61,881 nt of DNA from the NCBI GenBank assembly GCA_003222275.1, contig QHVJ01000077.1, positions 1 through 61,881 of the forward strand, written 5' to 3'. Below, piece after piece: positions 21,985 to 31,665 of this stretch; position 1 is the first letter of the stretch; each line of letters starts with the position of its first letter. The translations under genes were made by a program, and so were the position numbers. Under the pieces are notes generated by a model. That model made no database searches. It was not told the DNA's origin and saw nothing but the letters and a program-made list of their open reading frames with translations. Origin of the DNA: Acidobacteriota bacterium (GTDB lineage Bacteria; Acidobacteriota; Vicinamibacteria; Fen-336).

Positions 21985-23052
21985 TTGGCGCTCTTCGGAA
22001 AGAAAAAGGGCCTTGTGGGCGTGGATATAGGTTCATCGGCTATCAAGGTGGTTGAGCTGAGGCCCGGCGGCAAGGGCGGCAACGAGTACCAGCTCGCCAA
22101 CCTGGGCCTCGAGCCGCTTCCGCCCGAGGCCATCGTCGACGGAGCCATCATGGACTCGGGCGCGGTCATCGACGCCATCCAACGGCTCTTCACGGCGCAG
22201 AAGATCAAGACGAGCGAGGTCGCCACCAGCGTCTCCGGCAATGCAGTGATCGTCAAGAAGATCAGCCTCCCCCAGATGACCACCGAGGAGCTGGCCGAGT
22301 CGATCCACTGGGAAGCCGAGCAGTACATCCCTTTCGACATCCAGGACGTCTCGCTGGACTACGAGGTCGTGGAAGGCGGCGGCTCGGGCGGAAACATGGA
22401 CGTGCTGCTGGTGGCGGTGAAGAAGGACAAGATCGGCGACTACACCTCGGCCATCAGCCAGGCGGGCAAGAACCCCTCGATCGTGGACGTGGACGTCTTC
22501 GCCCTCCAGAACTGCTACGAGGTGAACTACGGCATCGACGCCGGGCGCGTCGTCGCGCTGCTGAACGTGGGCGCCTCCATCATGAACATCAACATCACCA
22601 AGGGCGCCACGTCCATCTTCAACCGCGACATCGCGGTCGGCGGCAACCAGTACACCGACGCCATCCAGAAGGACCTGAACCTCTCGTTCGACCAGGCCGA
22701 GGCGCTGAAGAAGGGCGCGCGGGTGGAGGGAGCCAACCCCGACAACCTGCAGCCGATCCTGCAGGCCGTTTCCGAGAACATCGCCCTCGAGATCCAGAAG
22801 ACCTTCGACTTCTTCAAGGCCACGAGCTCCGAGGACCGCATCGACCGCATCTTCCTCTCCGGGGGCACGGCCAAGGTGAAGGGGCTGCAGGAGCTGCTGG
22901 CCGACCGCTTCGACGCGGGGGTGGAGTTGCTCAACCCGTTCAACAGCGTCACCTACAACCCACGTGACTTCGACCCGGACTTCATCAGCGACATTGGCCC
23001 CCAGGCCGCCATCGCCGTGGGGCTGGCGGCCCGAAAGGTGGGGGATCGATGA
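21985..23052 (+). CDS. pilM: Type IV pilus assembly protein PilM
   Basis: GVDIGSSAIKVVEL, EAEQYIPF, LSGG actin-like motifs; first gene of pilMNOPQ. Confidence 0.95.
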   Translation: MALFGKKKGLVGVDIGSSAIKVVELRPGGKGGNEYQLANLGLEPLPPEAIVDGAIMDSGAVIDAIQRLFTAQKIKTSEVATSVSGNAVIVKKISLPQMTTEELAESIHWEAEQYIPFDIQDVSLDYEVVEGGGSGGNMDVLLVAVKKDKIGDYTSAISQAGKNPSIVDVDVFALQNCYEVNYGIDAGRVVALLNVGASIMNINITKGATSIFNRDIAVGGNQYTDAIQKDLNLSFDQAEALKKGARVEGANPDNLQPILQAVSENIALEIQKTFDFFKATSSEDRIDRIFLSGGTAKVKGLQELLADRFDAGVELLNPFNSVTYNPRDFDPDFISDIGPQAAIAVGLAARKVGDR

Positions 23053-23675
23053 TCCGCGTCAACCTCCTCGCCCCCGAGCGGCCGACCAAGACGAAGAAGG
23101 CCCGGTCGGTGTCGGTCGCCCCCGGCGCGGTGCAGGTCTACCTCTTCCTGGCCCTCTTCGCGGGGGGCGCGCTCGTGGTCTGCGCCGCCCTCTGGTGGTA
23201 CGAGTCCACCAAGATCAAGAAGCTCGACGCCGACATCGCGACCGCGGAGCAGCGCCAGCGCGAGCTGCAGGCGATCAAGGTCCAGGTCGACGCCCTGGAA
23301 GCGAAGCGCCGGACCTTCCAGCAGAAGGTGGACCTCATCGAGCGCCTCAAGGCCGCGCAGTCGGAGCCCGTCCATCTGCTGGACGAGATCTCGAAGAACC
23401 TTCCCGACTTCGTGTGGCTGACGTCGCTGGACCAGGCGGGGCCGATCGTCAAGCTCTCGGGGCAGAGCAGCGGGTACACCTCCGTCGCCGACTTCATCAG
23501 CGCGCTGCAGCGGAGCGGCTATTTCCCGCTCGTGGACCTCGTCTCCAGCGCGGAGAACAACAACATCGTGACCTTCACCCTGCAGGCTAACTTCAAGAGC
23601 CCGGAAGTGGCGGCCAGGGAAGCCGCCGCCGCCGCCCGGCCTCCCATCCCGGGGTCGACCCCGGCCAGGCCGTAG
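23049..23675 (+). CDS. pilN: Type IV pilus assembly protein PilN
   Basis: MIRVNLL motif, TM helix, coiled coil, PDFVWLTS. Confidence 0.92.
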   Translation: MIRVNLLAPERPTKTKKARSVSVAPGAVQVYLFLALFAGGALVVCAALWWYESTKIKKLDADIATAEQRQRELQAIKVQVDALEAKRRTFQQKVDLIERLKAAQSEPVHLLDEISKNLPDFVWLTSLDQAGPIVKLSGQSSGYTSVADFISALQRSGYFPLVDLVSSAENNNIVTFTLQANFKSPEVAAREAAAAARPPIPGSTPARP

Positions 23676-23690
23676 GCGGGGAAAGGAAAG

Positions 23691-24305
23691 ATGGCGGACA
23701 ACGCACTCACGAAGCTCTCGCTCGGCGGACAGCTCGGCGTCTCCGTGGCCGCCGCCGTCGTCATCGGGGTGGCCTTCTACTACGGGTACTTCTCGGCCGC
23801 CCGGGAGGAGGAGAACACGAAGAGCGCGAAGCTCGAAGGGCTTCGGCAGGAGATCCGGCAGCTGGAGGTGACCGCCAACAAGCTCCAGGAGTTCCAGCGC
23901 GAGGTCGCGCAGCTGGAGGCCAAGCTCGAGACGCTCAAGCGGATCCTGCCTCCCGAGAAGGAAACCCCCGACCTGATGAGGAAGGTGCAGGCGCTGGCCT
24001 CGCAGTCCAACCTCACGATCAAGAACTTCACGCCCAGCGCGGTCATCAACCGCGATTTCTACCAGGAATGGCCGATCAACATGGCCGTCGACGGCAGCTA
24101 CCACAACCTGGGGATGTTCTTCGACCGCGTCAGCCGCCTCTCGCGGCTGGTGAACATCGGGAACCTCAAGATCGCCAACAAGGGCGAGCAGACCGTGAGC
24201 AACACGATCTCGGCCCAGTGCGTCGCGACGACCTTCGTATACGTGGAACCTTCCCCGCCGCCAGTGCGGCCCGGTGCGGCGCCGGCCCCGACCGGAGCCC
24301 GCTGA
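23691..24305 (+). CDS. pilO: Type IV pilus assembly protein PilO
   Basis: TM, coiled coil, LPPEKETPDL, GSYHNLGMFFDRVSRLSRLVN. Confidence 0.92.
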   Translation: MADNALTKLSLGGQLGVSVAAAVVIGVAFYYGYFSAAREEENTKSAKLEGLRQEIRQLEVTANKLQEFQREVAQLEAKLETLKRILPPEKETPDLMRKVQALASQSNLTIKNFTPSAVINRDFYQEWPINMAVDGSYHNLGMFFDRVSRLSRLVNIGNLKIANKGEQTVSNTISAQCVATTFVYVEPSPPPVRPGAAPAPTGAR

Positions 24306-24814
24306 TGAGCCGCCCGGCGACGCTCGCGCTCTTGATCCTGGCCCTGGGTGTGGCCGGGGCCGCACCCGCCCTCGCCCAGGCACCGGCGGCGCCTCCCTCT
24401 CCGGCGTCCCCCGCCGCCGACAGCCTGAAGTCGATCGGGACGGACGTGCCGGGCTCCTCCGAGGGCTACACCTACAACCCGATGGGCCGCCGGGATCCCT
24501 TCGTGAGCCTGTTGAAGCCGGTGTCGCCTGACCAGGGCCCCAAGACGAGGCGGCCGGGCATGGAAGGCTTCCTGATCCAGGAGGTGGCGCTCAAGGGCAT
24601 CGTGAAGACCCCCAAGGGCTACATCGCGATGCTCCTGGGAACCGACGGCAAGTCGTACTTCGTGGGCGTCGGCCAGCGCCTCTTCGATGGCGTGGTGACC
24701 GCCATCGACGCGACCACGGTGACCTTCCGGCAGGAGGTGACGGACCCCCTGTCGACCGTGAAGAGCCGCGACGTGAAGAAGACCCTGTATCCGTCCGAGG
24801 AGGCGAGGCAATGA
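24305..24814 (+). CDS. pilP: PilP-like protein
   Basis: YNPMGRRDPF motif, LKGIV; lies between pilO and pilQ. Confidence 0.8.
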   Translation: MSRPATLALLILALGVAGAAPALAQAPAAPPSPASPAADSLKSIGTDVPGSSEGYTYNPMGRRDPFVSLLKPVSPDQGPKTRRPGMEGFLIQEVALKGIVKTPKGYIAMLLGTDGKSYFVGVGQRLFDGVVTAIDATTVTFRQEVTDPLSTVKSRDVKKTLYPSEEARQ

Positions 24815-27189
24815 GAGCCAAGCTGGCGTGGGCGCTCCTGCTGGCCGTGCTGTTTACGGCCGGGACGGGCGCGCCCGCATGGGCCCAGGACCGGGGCCCC
24901 GCAGCGATCACCGAGATCAGGCAGGAGAGCAACGATCGCTCGACCCGCCTCACGGTCGATTGCACGGGCCCCCTGGCCTACACCTACTACAGCCCCGACC
25001 CGCTGACGCTGGTGGTGGACATCCCGGAGATGGACGCCTCCCGGGTGCCGACCCGCGTCAACGTGGGTACGAAAGAGGTTGAGTCGGTGCGGGTCACCAG
25101 CATGGCGCGCGCCGACGGACGCAGCCTGGCGAGGCTCGAAGTTCGCCTTGCGAGCCTGGTTCCCTACCAGATCTTCTCCAAGGACAAGAGCCTGAACCTC
25201 GTGTTCGAGCGGGCGGCGGAAGCCGCCGCCCGGCCGGTGGAGACGCCGGCCGCGAAGGCCGAAGAGCCGGCGGCCAAGGTGGCGGCCGCCGCGCCTGAGC
25301 CCGTTCCCGCGGCCCCCGCCCCCGCGGCGCCGGCGCCGCCGACCCACCCCACGGGCCCCCGCGCCCAGCGCATCCTGGGCGTCACTCGCGGAACCGACGT
25401 GGGACAGCTGTCCTTCACGATCAGGGCCGACGGGACCCTGCGGTACCAGGACTTCTTCCTGGGCAATCCGGACCGGCTGGTCGTCGATTTCGTCGACGTC
25501 GTGAGCCGCGCCGCCCTCCGCAACATGGAGGTGAACGAGGGACCGGTGCGCAAGGTGCGCCTCGCGCAGTTCAGCGCCGCGTCGCCGAAGGTGGCCCGCC
25601 TGGTGCTGGACCTCTCGGCCCGCGCGCCCTATCGGATCGTCGAGGGCAGCGACGGGTTGAAGATCGTCTTCGGCGAAGGCGAGGCCCCGCATCCGGCGGC
25701 GCTGGCCGCCCTGCGCAACGACAATGACGCCGCGGTCGACGCCGCCCAGGGTCCGGCGGCCGAGGCCGCCCCCGCGCCCCAGATCCTGCCCGCCCCCGCG
25801 CCGCTGCTTCCGGCCCCGCTTCCGGATCCGCAGGAGCCGGCCGCGCCGGTCACGCCCGAGAGCTTCCAGGCGCGCACGCCCACGCCGGGAGAGAAGATCT
25901 ACACCGGCCACCCGATCAGCCTCGACTTCAAGGACGGGGACCTGCAGGACATCTTCCGGCTCTTCGCGGACATCAGCGGCCTGAACATCGTGGTGAACCC
26001 GGGTGTCAGCGGCAAGGTGACGCTGAAGCTCAACGAGGTGCCGTGGGACCAGGCCCTCGACCTGATCCTGAAGGCCAACGGGCTGGGTTACACCCTCGAA
26101 GGCAATGTGATCCGGATCGCGCGGCTGGCCGACCTCCAGAAGGAGGAGCAGGACCGGCGCAAGCTCGAGGAAGAGAAGGCCCTCGCGGGCAACCTCGAGG
26201 TCTGGAACAAGACCCTGTCCTACGCCAAGGCCACCGAGCTGCAGGACACCGTGAAGAAGGTGGCGCTCTCCGCCCGGGGGACGATCACGCTCGATCCGCG
26301 CACGAACACGATGATCATCACCGACCTGCCCGCGAACCTCGCCAAGGCCCGGGACCTCATCGCGGACCTGGACCGGGCCACGCCCCAGGTCGAGATCGAG
26401 GCCCGGATCGTGGTCACCAGCCGCAACTTCACCCGTGACCTGGGCATCCAGTGGGGATTCAACCACGTCCAGACCCCGCAGTTCGCCAACACCACGAACC
26501 TGACCTTCCCGAACTCCATCATCATCAACGGCGGAGCGGTCCCGAGCTCGGGCGGGATAAGCCCCGACGCCGGCGCTCAGTCCTCGGCGGCGGGCATCGG
26601 CGCCGCCGGCCGGGGCTACGCGGTCAACCTGCCCGCGGCCGGCTTCAATTCCGGCATCGGGATCTCGCTCGGCAACATCCTCGGCAACTTCAACCTCGAT
26701 GTGGCCTTGACGGCTCTCGAGCAGCAGGGCCGCGGCCGGGTGCTCTCGACCCCGAAGGTGACCACCCAGAACAACCACGCCGCGGAGATCAAGCAGGGCG
26801 TCCAGATCCCGATCCAGACCGTCGCCAACAACACGGTGACGGTCACCTTCAAGGACGCCGTGCTCACGCTCAAGGTCACGCCCCAGATCACCGAGGCGAA
26901 CACCGTCATCCTGGATCTGAACGTCGAGAACAACACGCCCGACCTGGCCAACCGGGTCAACGGCATCCCGCCGATCAACACCCAGTCCGCGACGACGCAG
27001 GTGCTGGTGAGGGACGGGGCCACCGCGGTGATCGGCGGCATCTTCCAGAGCAACGAGCAGAGCTCCCAGTCCTCGACCCCGTTCCTGGGGCGCTTGCCGC
27101 TCCTGGGCTACCTGTTCCGCAACCGGTTCGTGAGCAACACCAACAACGAGCTGCTCCTCTTCATCACGCCCCGGATCATAAAGAGCTGA
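24811..27189 (+). CDS. pilQ: Type IV pilus secretin with AMIN domains
   Basis: Two AMIN-like domains (PLTLVVDI, PDRLVVDF), ISLDFKD, VPWDQAL, QVEIEARIV, ELLLFITPRI. Confidence 0.95.
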   Translation: MRAKLAWALLLAVLFTAGTGAPAWAQDRGPAAITEIRQESNDRSTRLTVDCTGPLAYTYYSPDPLTLVVDIPEMDASRVPTRVNVGTKEVESVRVTSMARADGRSLARLEVRLASLVPYQIFSKDKSLNLVFERAAEAAARPVETPAAKAEEPAAKVAAAAPEPVPAAPAPAAPAPPTHPTGPRAQRILGVTRGTDVGQLSFTIRADGTLRYQDFFLGNPDRLVVDFVDVVSRAALRNMEVNEGPVRKVRLAQFSAASPKVARLVLDLSARAPYRIVEGSDGLKIVFGEGEAPHPAALAALRNDNDAAVDAAQGPAAEAAPAPQILPAPAPLLPAPLPDPQEPAAPVTPESFQARTPTPGEKIYTGHPISLDFKDGDLQDIFRLFADISGLNIVVNPGVSGKVTLKLNEVPWDQALDLILKANGLGYTLEGNVIRIARLADLQKEEQDRRKLEEEKALAGNLEVWNKTLSYAKATELQDTVKKVALSARGTITLDPRTNTMIITDLPANLAKARDLIADLDRATPQVEIEARIVVTSRNFTRDLGIQWGFNHVQTPQFANTTNLTFPNSIIINGGAVPSSGGISPDAGAQSSAAGIGAAGRGYAVNLPAAGFNSGIGISLGNILGNFNLDVALTALEQQGRGRVLSTPKVTTQNNHAAEIKQGVQIPIQTVANNTVTVTFKDAVLTLKVTPQITEANTVILDLNVENNTPDLANRVNGIPPINTQSATTQVLVRDGATAVIGGIFQSNEQSSQSSTPFLGRLPLLGYLFRNRFVSNTNNELLLFITPRIIKS

Positions 27190-27253
27190 CGGAGGAATGC
27201 TGACGATGCACGCAGTCGAAGCCAGGTTCCCGATGCGATCGGGGAGGAGACTC

Positions 27254-27832
27254 ATGAACGCAAAGGTCCTCGTCATGGCGCTCGGCGCTCTCGCCATGGT
27301 CGGATGCACGCCCGACTGGGCCAAGAACGGCGACGCCCCCGTGGTGCTCCTGATGACCGCGATCAACAACGGCTCGCCGCTCAGCTCCGACCTCAGCATC
27401 TCCACCGGCGCCGTCTGCCCGGACATCGTTCCGCTTCGTCTGGAGAACCACTTCAAGAACCCGAACGTGACGATCACGGGCTTCCGGCACGACTTCACGG
27501 TCGAGAGGTACGAGGTGCGCTACTTCCGGTCCGACGGCCGCAACACGGAAGGGGTCGACGTGCCCTACCGGATCAGCGGCAACGTCGCGCAGGAGGTCAT
27601 CGAGGAGAGCACGGCCACGCTGCAGCTCGAGGTCGTCCGGCGGCAGGCCAAGCTCGAGCCGCCCCTCGCCAACCTCGCCGGGGCGAACCCGCCCGTCCTC
27701 ACCATGTTCGCCGAAGTGACGCTTCACGCGCGCACCACCACCGGCCAGACGACGAACCCGGTCTCGGCGCGGCTCCATATCGATTTCGCCCAGTTCGACG
27801 ACGACGTGACCACCTGTCCCGTCGCCCAGTGA
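27254..27832 (+). CDS. Hypothetical lipoprotein
   Basis: RBS GGAGGAG; signal peptide with lipobox MVGC. Confidence 0.7.
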   Translation: MNAKVLVMALGALAMVGCTPDWAKNGDAPVVLLMTAINNGSPLSSDLSISTGAVCPDIVPLRLENHFKNPNVTITGFRHDFTVERYEVRYFRSDGRNTEGVDVPYRISGNVAQEVIEESTATLQLEVVRRQAKLEPPLANLAGANPPVLTMFAEVTLHARTTTGQTTNPVSARLHIDFAQFDDDVTTCPVAQ

Positions 27833-27879
27833 GCGGAGCCTCTCATGCGATCTGCGAGTGCAATGAGCGAGGAAGGCCT

Positions 27880-28704
27880 ATGACGCGGAACGATAGCAGG
27901 GCCCGGGGCCGCCGCCGGCTCCGGACGTGGGCAGGCATCGGCCTGGTCGTGGCCTACGCCGGCTGCGGTTTCGACGGGGTCGAGGTTCCGGAGCTCATCG
28001 GACCGTCGGAGCAAGGCACGTCGATCGCGCTCACCGCGAGCCCCGACGTAATGGTGGCGGACGGGTTCAGCACCTCCCTCGTCACCGCGACCGTCCGCGA
28101 CCAGAACGGGCAGCCCGCGGCGGGCCGCGACATCTTCTTCGCGATATCGGACGCGAGCGGAAACTTCGCCGACATCGGCACGCTGCGCTCGCTGTCCACG
28201 GGCGTCGACGTGGGGACGGGGCTCCTGGTGCGGACCAACGCCCAGGGCATCGCCGCCGTCGTCTACGAGGCGCCCGCCCGCACCGACGCCACCGCAAACC
28301 AGAAGGTGCGCGTGAGTGCCCGCCCGGTCGGGACTGATGCCACGTCCGCTCTTTACCGCAGCGTCGCCATCGAGCTGCGCTCGGCCGAGTCGCGGTTGTT
28401 CCCGCAGGGTGGGAAAACGACTCCAAGCTGCAGCTTCGTCGTCCAGACCACGGGCAAGTCGACCTGCACGACGGTCAGCAGCTGCACGATCCCGATCAAC
28501 ACGTCGGTCCTCTTCCAGTCCACGGCGTTCTCCGCGGGCGGAACGATCATCCGCTACTTCTGGAGCTTCGGGAACGGCAAGACTGCGGACCATCCGGACG
28601 TGTCGACGTCCTACAGCATCGCGGGCACATATACCGTCACCCACCTCGTCACCGACAACACCGGAGGACAGGCGGCCTGCCAGGCGACGATCACCGCCCA
28701 GTAG
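27880..28704 (+). CDS. Lipoprotein with Ig-like (invasin-type) and PKD domains
   Basis: YAGC lipobox; ADGFSTSLVTATVRDQNGQP; YFWSFGNG...GTYTVT PKD motif. Confidence 0.75.
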   Translation: MTRNDSRARGRRRLRTWAGIGLVVAYAGCGFDGVEVPELIGPSEQGTSIALTASPDVMVADGFSTSLVTATVRDQNGQPAAGRDIFFAISDASGNFADIGTLRSLSTGVDVGTGLLVRTNAQGIAAVVYEAPARTDATANQKVRVSARPVGTDATSALYRSVAIELRSAESRLFPQGGKTTPSCSFVVQTTGKSTCTTVSSCTIPINTSVLFQSTAFSAGGTIIRYFWSFGNGKTADHPDVSTSYSIAGTYTVTHLVTDNTGGQAACQATITAQ

Positions 28705-28742
28705 CGGCGGCGTAGAGGTGCCATAGCTTGTGGGATAGAGTG

Positions 28743-28772
28743 ATGGGGCGGGCAGCAATGCCCGCCCCATTT
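28743..28772 (+). terminator. Stem-loop (possible terminator or processing hairpin)
   Basis: ATGGGGCGGGCA-GCAA-TGCCCGCCCCAT, 12-bp perfect stem, short T tail. Confidence 0.55.
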
Positions 28773-28790
28773 CCATGAAGAAGAGCGTTC

Positions 28791-30236
28791 TTGGCCTCTA
28801 ACCCGCGCATCGAGGACCTTCGCAGGAGGCTCGACAGGGAGCCGGGCTCGCGTCTGTTCGCGCAGCTCGCCGAAGAGCTGCGCAAGGACGGCGACCTGGA
28901 GGAGGCGATCCGCGTCTCGCGCGAGGGCCTGCAGAAGCACCCGGCCTATCCGTCCGCGCGCATGACGCTGGGCCGCGCCCTGCTCGACACCGGCGACATC
29001 GCCGCCGCCCGGACCGAGTTCGAGATCGTCCTCAAGGGTGCCCCCGACAACATCCTGGCCAGTCGATTCCTCGGGGAATGCCTGGAGGGGGTCGGCGACC
29101 TCGCCGGCGCGCGTGACCGCTTCAAGGCGACGCTCGCCCTGGCCCCGGGCGACAAGGTGGTCACCGCCCACCTGCAGGAGGTGGAGGCGAAGCTCAAGAA
29201 GGCGGCGCCCGCGGGGGCCGCACCCGCGGCCACGGGAATCCCGCGGGGCCGTGAGGAACCGGCGGAAGCGCCGATCCCGCTCTCCCGGGTGGACGAGCCA
29301 ATGGAGCTGGAGCGCTCGGCCGAGGCCCGCACCATCGCTTCCCGGCCCCAGCCCGGGCCTTCTCCCGAGTCGACGGTGTTGATGTCCGCGACGCCGGCGC
29401 GGCCACCGGCACCGCCCGCGCCGCCCGCCCCGCCGGCCCGTCCGGCGGCGAACGATGAGGGAGACGCACCGCCCATTCCGCTCGTCGCGGCCGAAGAGGA
29501 CTTCGAGCTGGAGCGGCCGTACGGAGCACCGGACCCGAGCGCGCCGCCGGCGCCGTCCGCGCCCGCGGCGCACACCGCCGCGGCCACCGCCGGCGGGTTC
29601 GAGTCATCCGGTCCCGCCGCCGAGTTCGAGTTCGACCTCGCGCCGGAAGGCGGGGTGGCGGGCGCGGCGCCGGAACCCTGGGAACCGTCCCCGGCGGCCA
29701 CGGTCCGCCTGCCCGAGCCCGTGCCGGAGCCCGAGGCCGAGCCGCCGATCCCACGCCCGCCGCCGGCCATCGCGGCGCCCGTGCCGCCGCCGCCGATGCC
29801 CGTTCCCCCGCCCCCGCCCCGGGAGCGCGAAGCGATCCCGCAGACCGAGGTCCCCGAGCGAGCCGCCGCGCCGCCGCTCCCGCCACCGGTCTTCGCTCCG
29901 ACCCCGCCCCCGCCGCCTCGGATGGACGTCGCTCCGGCTCCGGAGGCCGACGAGCTGACGTCTTCGACGCTGGCCGAGCTGTATTTCAACCAGGGCTTCA
30001 CCGACAAGGCCATCGAGGTCTATCGCCAGCTCCTTCAGCGCGAGCCCGGCAACCAGCGTGGCCGCACGCGGCTCGCCGAGCTCGAGGCGCTGGAGCGGCG
30101 GCTCGCGGAAGAAGAAACGCGCGCCGCCGGGGCCGCGGGCGGCGGCCCGGCGGATGCGGCGGCGGGACGACGTCAGGCCATCGAGCGGACGATCGCGCGC
30201 CTCGAAGGCCTCCTGGCCGCCCTCCGGAAGGAGTAG
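28791..30236 (+). CDS. TPR protein with Pro/Ala-rich linker
   Basis: N-terminal TPRs (FAQLAEELRK..), C-terminal TLAELYFNQG..AIEVYRQLL TPR. Confidence 0.8.
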   Translation: MASNPRIEDLRRRLDREPGSRLFAQLAEELRKDGDLEEAIRVSREGLQKHPAYPSARMTLGRALLDTGDIAAARTEFEIVLKGAPDNILASRFLGECLEGVGDLAGARDRFKATLALAPGDKVVTAHLQEVEAKLKKAAPAGAAPAATGIPRGREEPAEAPIPLSRVDEPMELERSAEARTIASRPQPGPSPESTVLMSATPARPPAPPAPPAPPARPAANDEGDAPPIPLVAAEEDFELERPYGAPDPSAPPAPSAPAAHTAAATAGGFESSGPAAEFEFDLAPEGGVAGAAPEPWEPSPAATVRLPEPVPEPEAEPPIPRPPPAIAAPVPPPPMPVPPPPPREREAIPQTEVPERAAAPPLPPPVFAPTPPPPPRMDVAPAPEADELTSSTLAELYFNQGFTDKAIEVYRQLLQREPGNQRGRTRLAELEALERRLAEEETRAAGAAGGGPADAAAGRRQAIERTIARLEGLLAALRKE

Positions 30237-30238
30237 AC

Positions 30239-30601
30239 GTGAGCGCCTTCTCCGACACGCTCAAGCAGGTGGCCGCCCGCGTACCCGAGACGCAGCTCCT
30301 CATCGTGATGGGTACGGACGGCATTCCGATCGAGAAGCTCGTGGTCCGCCCGGCCGCGAACCTGGAAGCGGTGGCCGCCGAGTTCACGTCTCTGCTCAAG
30401 TCGGGAGTGGCCGTGGCCGCGGACACCGGGCTCGGCCAGCTGAAAGAGCTGTCCGTCGTCACCGAGAAGATGATCGCCCTTCTCGTTGCGATCACGCCGG
30501 AGTACTTCCTGTTCGCCGGGCTCGCGCCGGGGGCGCTCATGGGGAGGGCGCGCTTCGCGCTGCGCGTGGCCGGCATCGCGCTCGAGCGCGAGTTTGTCTA
30601 G
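30239..30601 (+). CDS. Roadblock/LC7 domain protein (MglB/MglC-like)
   Basis: VMGTDGIPIE, GRARFALR; 120 aa. Confidence 0.8.
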   Translation: MSAFSDTLKQVAARVPETQLLIVMGTDGIPIEKLVVRPAANLEAVAAEFTSLLKSGVAVAADTGLGQLKELSVVTEKMIALLVAITPEYFLFAGLAPGALMGRARFALRVAGIALEREFV

Positions 30602-30613
30602 GAGAGGAAACAG

Positions 30614-30930
30614 AGCCAAGGCTGCGAGCGGAGCGGGATTGACTCCCGCGAAGCGAGCGGGGGGTTTGGGGGGTGCGCCGCTAGCACCCCCCAGCTCAAT
30701 GACGAGCGGAGCGGGATTGACTCCCGCGAAGCGAGCGGGGGGTTTGGGGGGTGCGCCGCTAGCACCCCCAGCTCAATGACGAGCGGAGCGGGATTGACTC
30801 CCGCGAAGCGAGCGGGGGGTTTGGGGGGTGCGCCGCTAGGATCCCCCAGCTCAATGACGAGCGGAGCGGAATTCACTTCCGCGCAGCGAGCGGGGGTTCA
30901 AGGGGGCGCGCCGCTAGCGCCCCCTTGCTC
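30614..30930. repeat. Tandem array of four ~78-bp double-hairpin units
   Basis: Units start at 30625, 30703, 30780 and 30858 after an AGCCAAGGCTG lead-in; units 1-3 near identical, unit 4 divergent with compensatory changes. Confidence 0.95.
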
Positions 30931-30938
30931 ACCAACGA

Positions 30939-30968
30939 TTGACAACCCGTTGCGGCGGGGCAAATAAT
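30939..30968 (+). promoter_or_regulatory. Sigma70-type promoter of accB
   Basis: TTGACA-18 nt-AATAAT. Confidence 0.5.
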
Positions 30969-31017
30969 ACTTCTTTCTGCGAGCTCAGGACGCATCCCCA
31001 GAGTAGAGGAGAGACAT

Positions 31018-31518
31018 TTGGACCTCAGGGAGCTCAAGGAGATCCTCCAGATCCTCGAAGAGAAGGAGATCACCGAGTTCGAGCTGGAGGAGGAGGGCAT
31101 GAAGCTGCGGATCCGCAAGGCCGCCGCCTCTCCCAACCATTCGTCCGGCTCCGCGGCGCCGCTTTCCCTCGTTCCCACCGTGATCCCCTCGTCCCCGAAC
31201 GTCACCGGTCCCGTCCCGCTGGCGCCGGCCCCCGCGGTGGAGGCCTCTTCGCCCGTCCCCACCGCGGAGGAGCAGGGCCTGGTGACGGTGAAGAGCCCGA
31301 TCGTGGGCACGTTCTATCGCGCGCCCGACCCCGGCTCGCCTCCCTTCGTGAACGTGAGCGACCACGTGCGCGTGGGCCAGGTCCTCTGCATCATCGAAGC
31401 GATGAAGCTGATGAACGAGATCGAGGCGGAGGTGGCGGGGGAGATCGTCAAGGTCCACCACGAGAGCGGGCAGCCCGTCCAGTACGGCGAGCCTCTGTTC
31501 GTCATACGGCCCGACTAA
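31018..31518 (+). CDS. accB: Biotin carboxyl carrier protein
   Basis: SPIVGTFY, EAMKLMNEI biotinylation motif. Confidence 0.96.
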   Translation: MDLRELKEILQILEEKEITEFELEEEGMKLRIRKAAASPNHSSGSAAPLSLVPTVIPSSPNVTGPVPLAPAPAVEASSPVPTAEEQGLVTVKSPIVGTFYRAPDPGSPPFVNVSDHVRVGQVLCIIEAMKLMNEIEAEVAGEIVKVHHESGQPVQYGEPLFVIRPD

Positions 31519-31665
31519 TCAACGCGATGCCCCAGCGCGGGTGCTCCGCCAGTGTTCGGCCGCCGAAGCCGGAGCGTTTCCTCTACGGCGCGCGCCGGAT
31601 TGATTCTGGCGCGCGCGCATTGATGACGCCCCGCGCGCAGACGAAGGCGGCCGCATCCAGTTGAT
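31518..31665. mobile_element. MITE-like 148-bp palindromic element
   Basis: Terminal IRs ATCAACGCGATGC / GCATCCAGTTGAT (11/13); central hairpin GCGCGCGCCGG-ATTGATT-CTGGCGCGCGC. Confidence 0.6.

Noticed and set aside
29200-29940. GC-rich low-complexity repeats
   Set aside because: Explained by the Pro/Ala linker of the TPR protein.
30614-30930. CRISPR array
   Set aside because: Whole units repeat with no unique spacers, and there are no cas genes in the window.
30486-30967. Short ORFs with repeated TSGAGLTPAKRAGG peptides
   Set aside because: Translations of the tandem repeat; the 77-bp unit breaks the frame and there is no convincing RBS.
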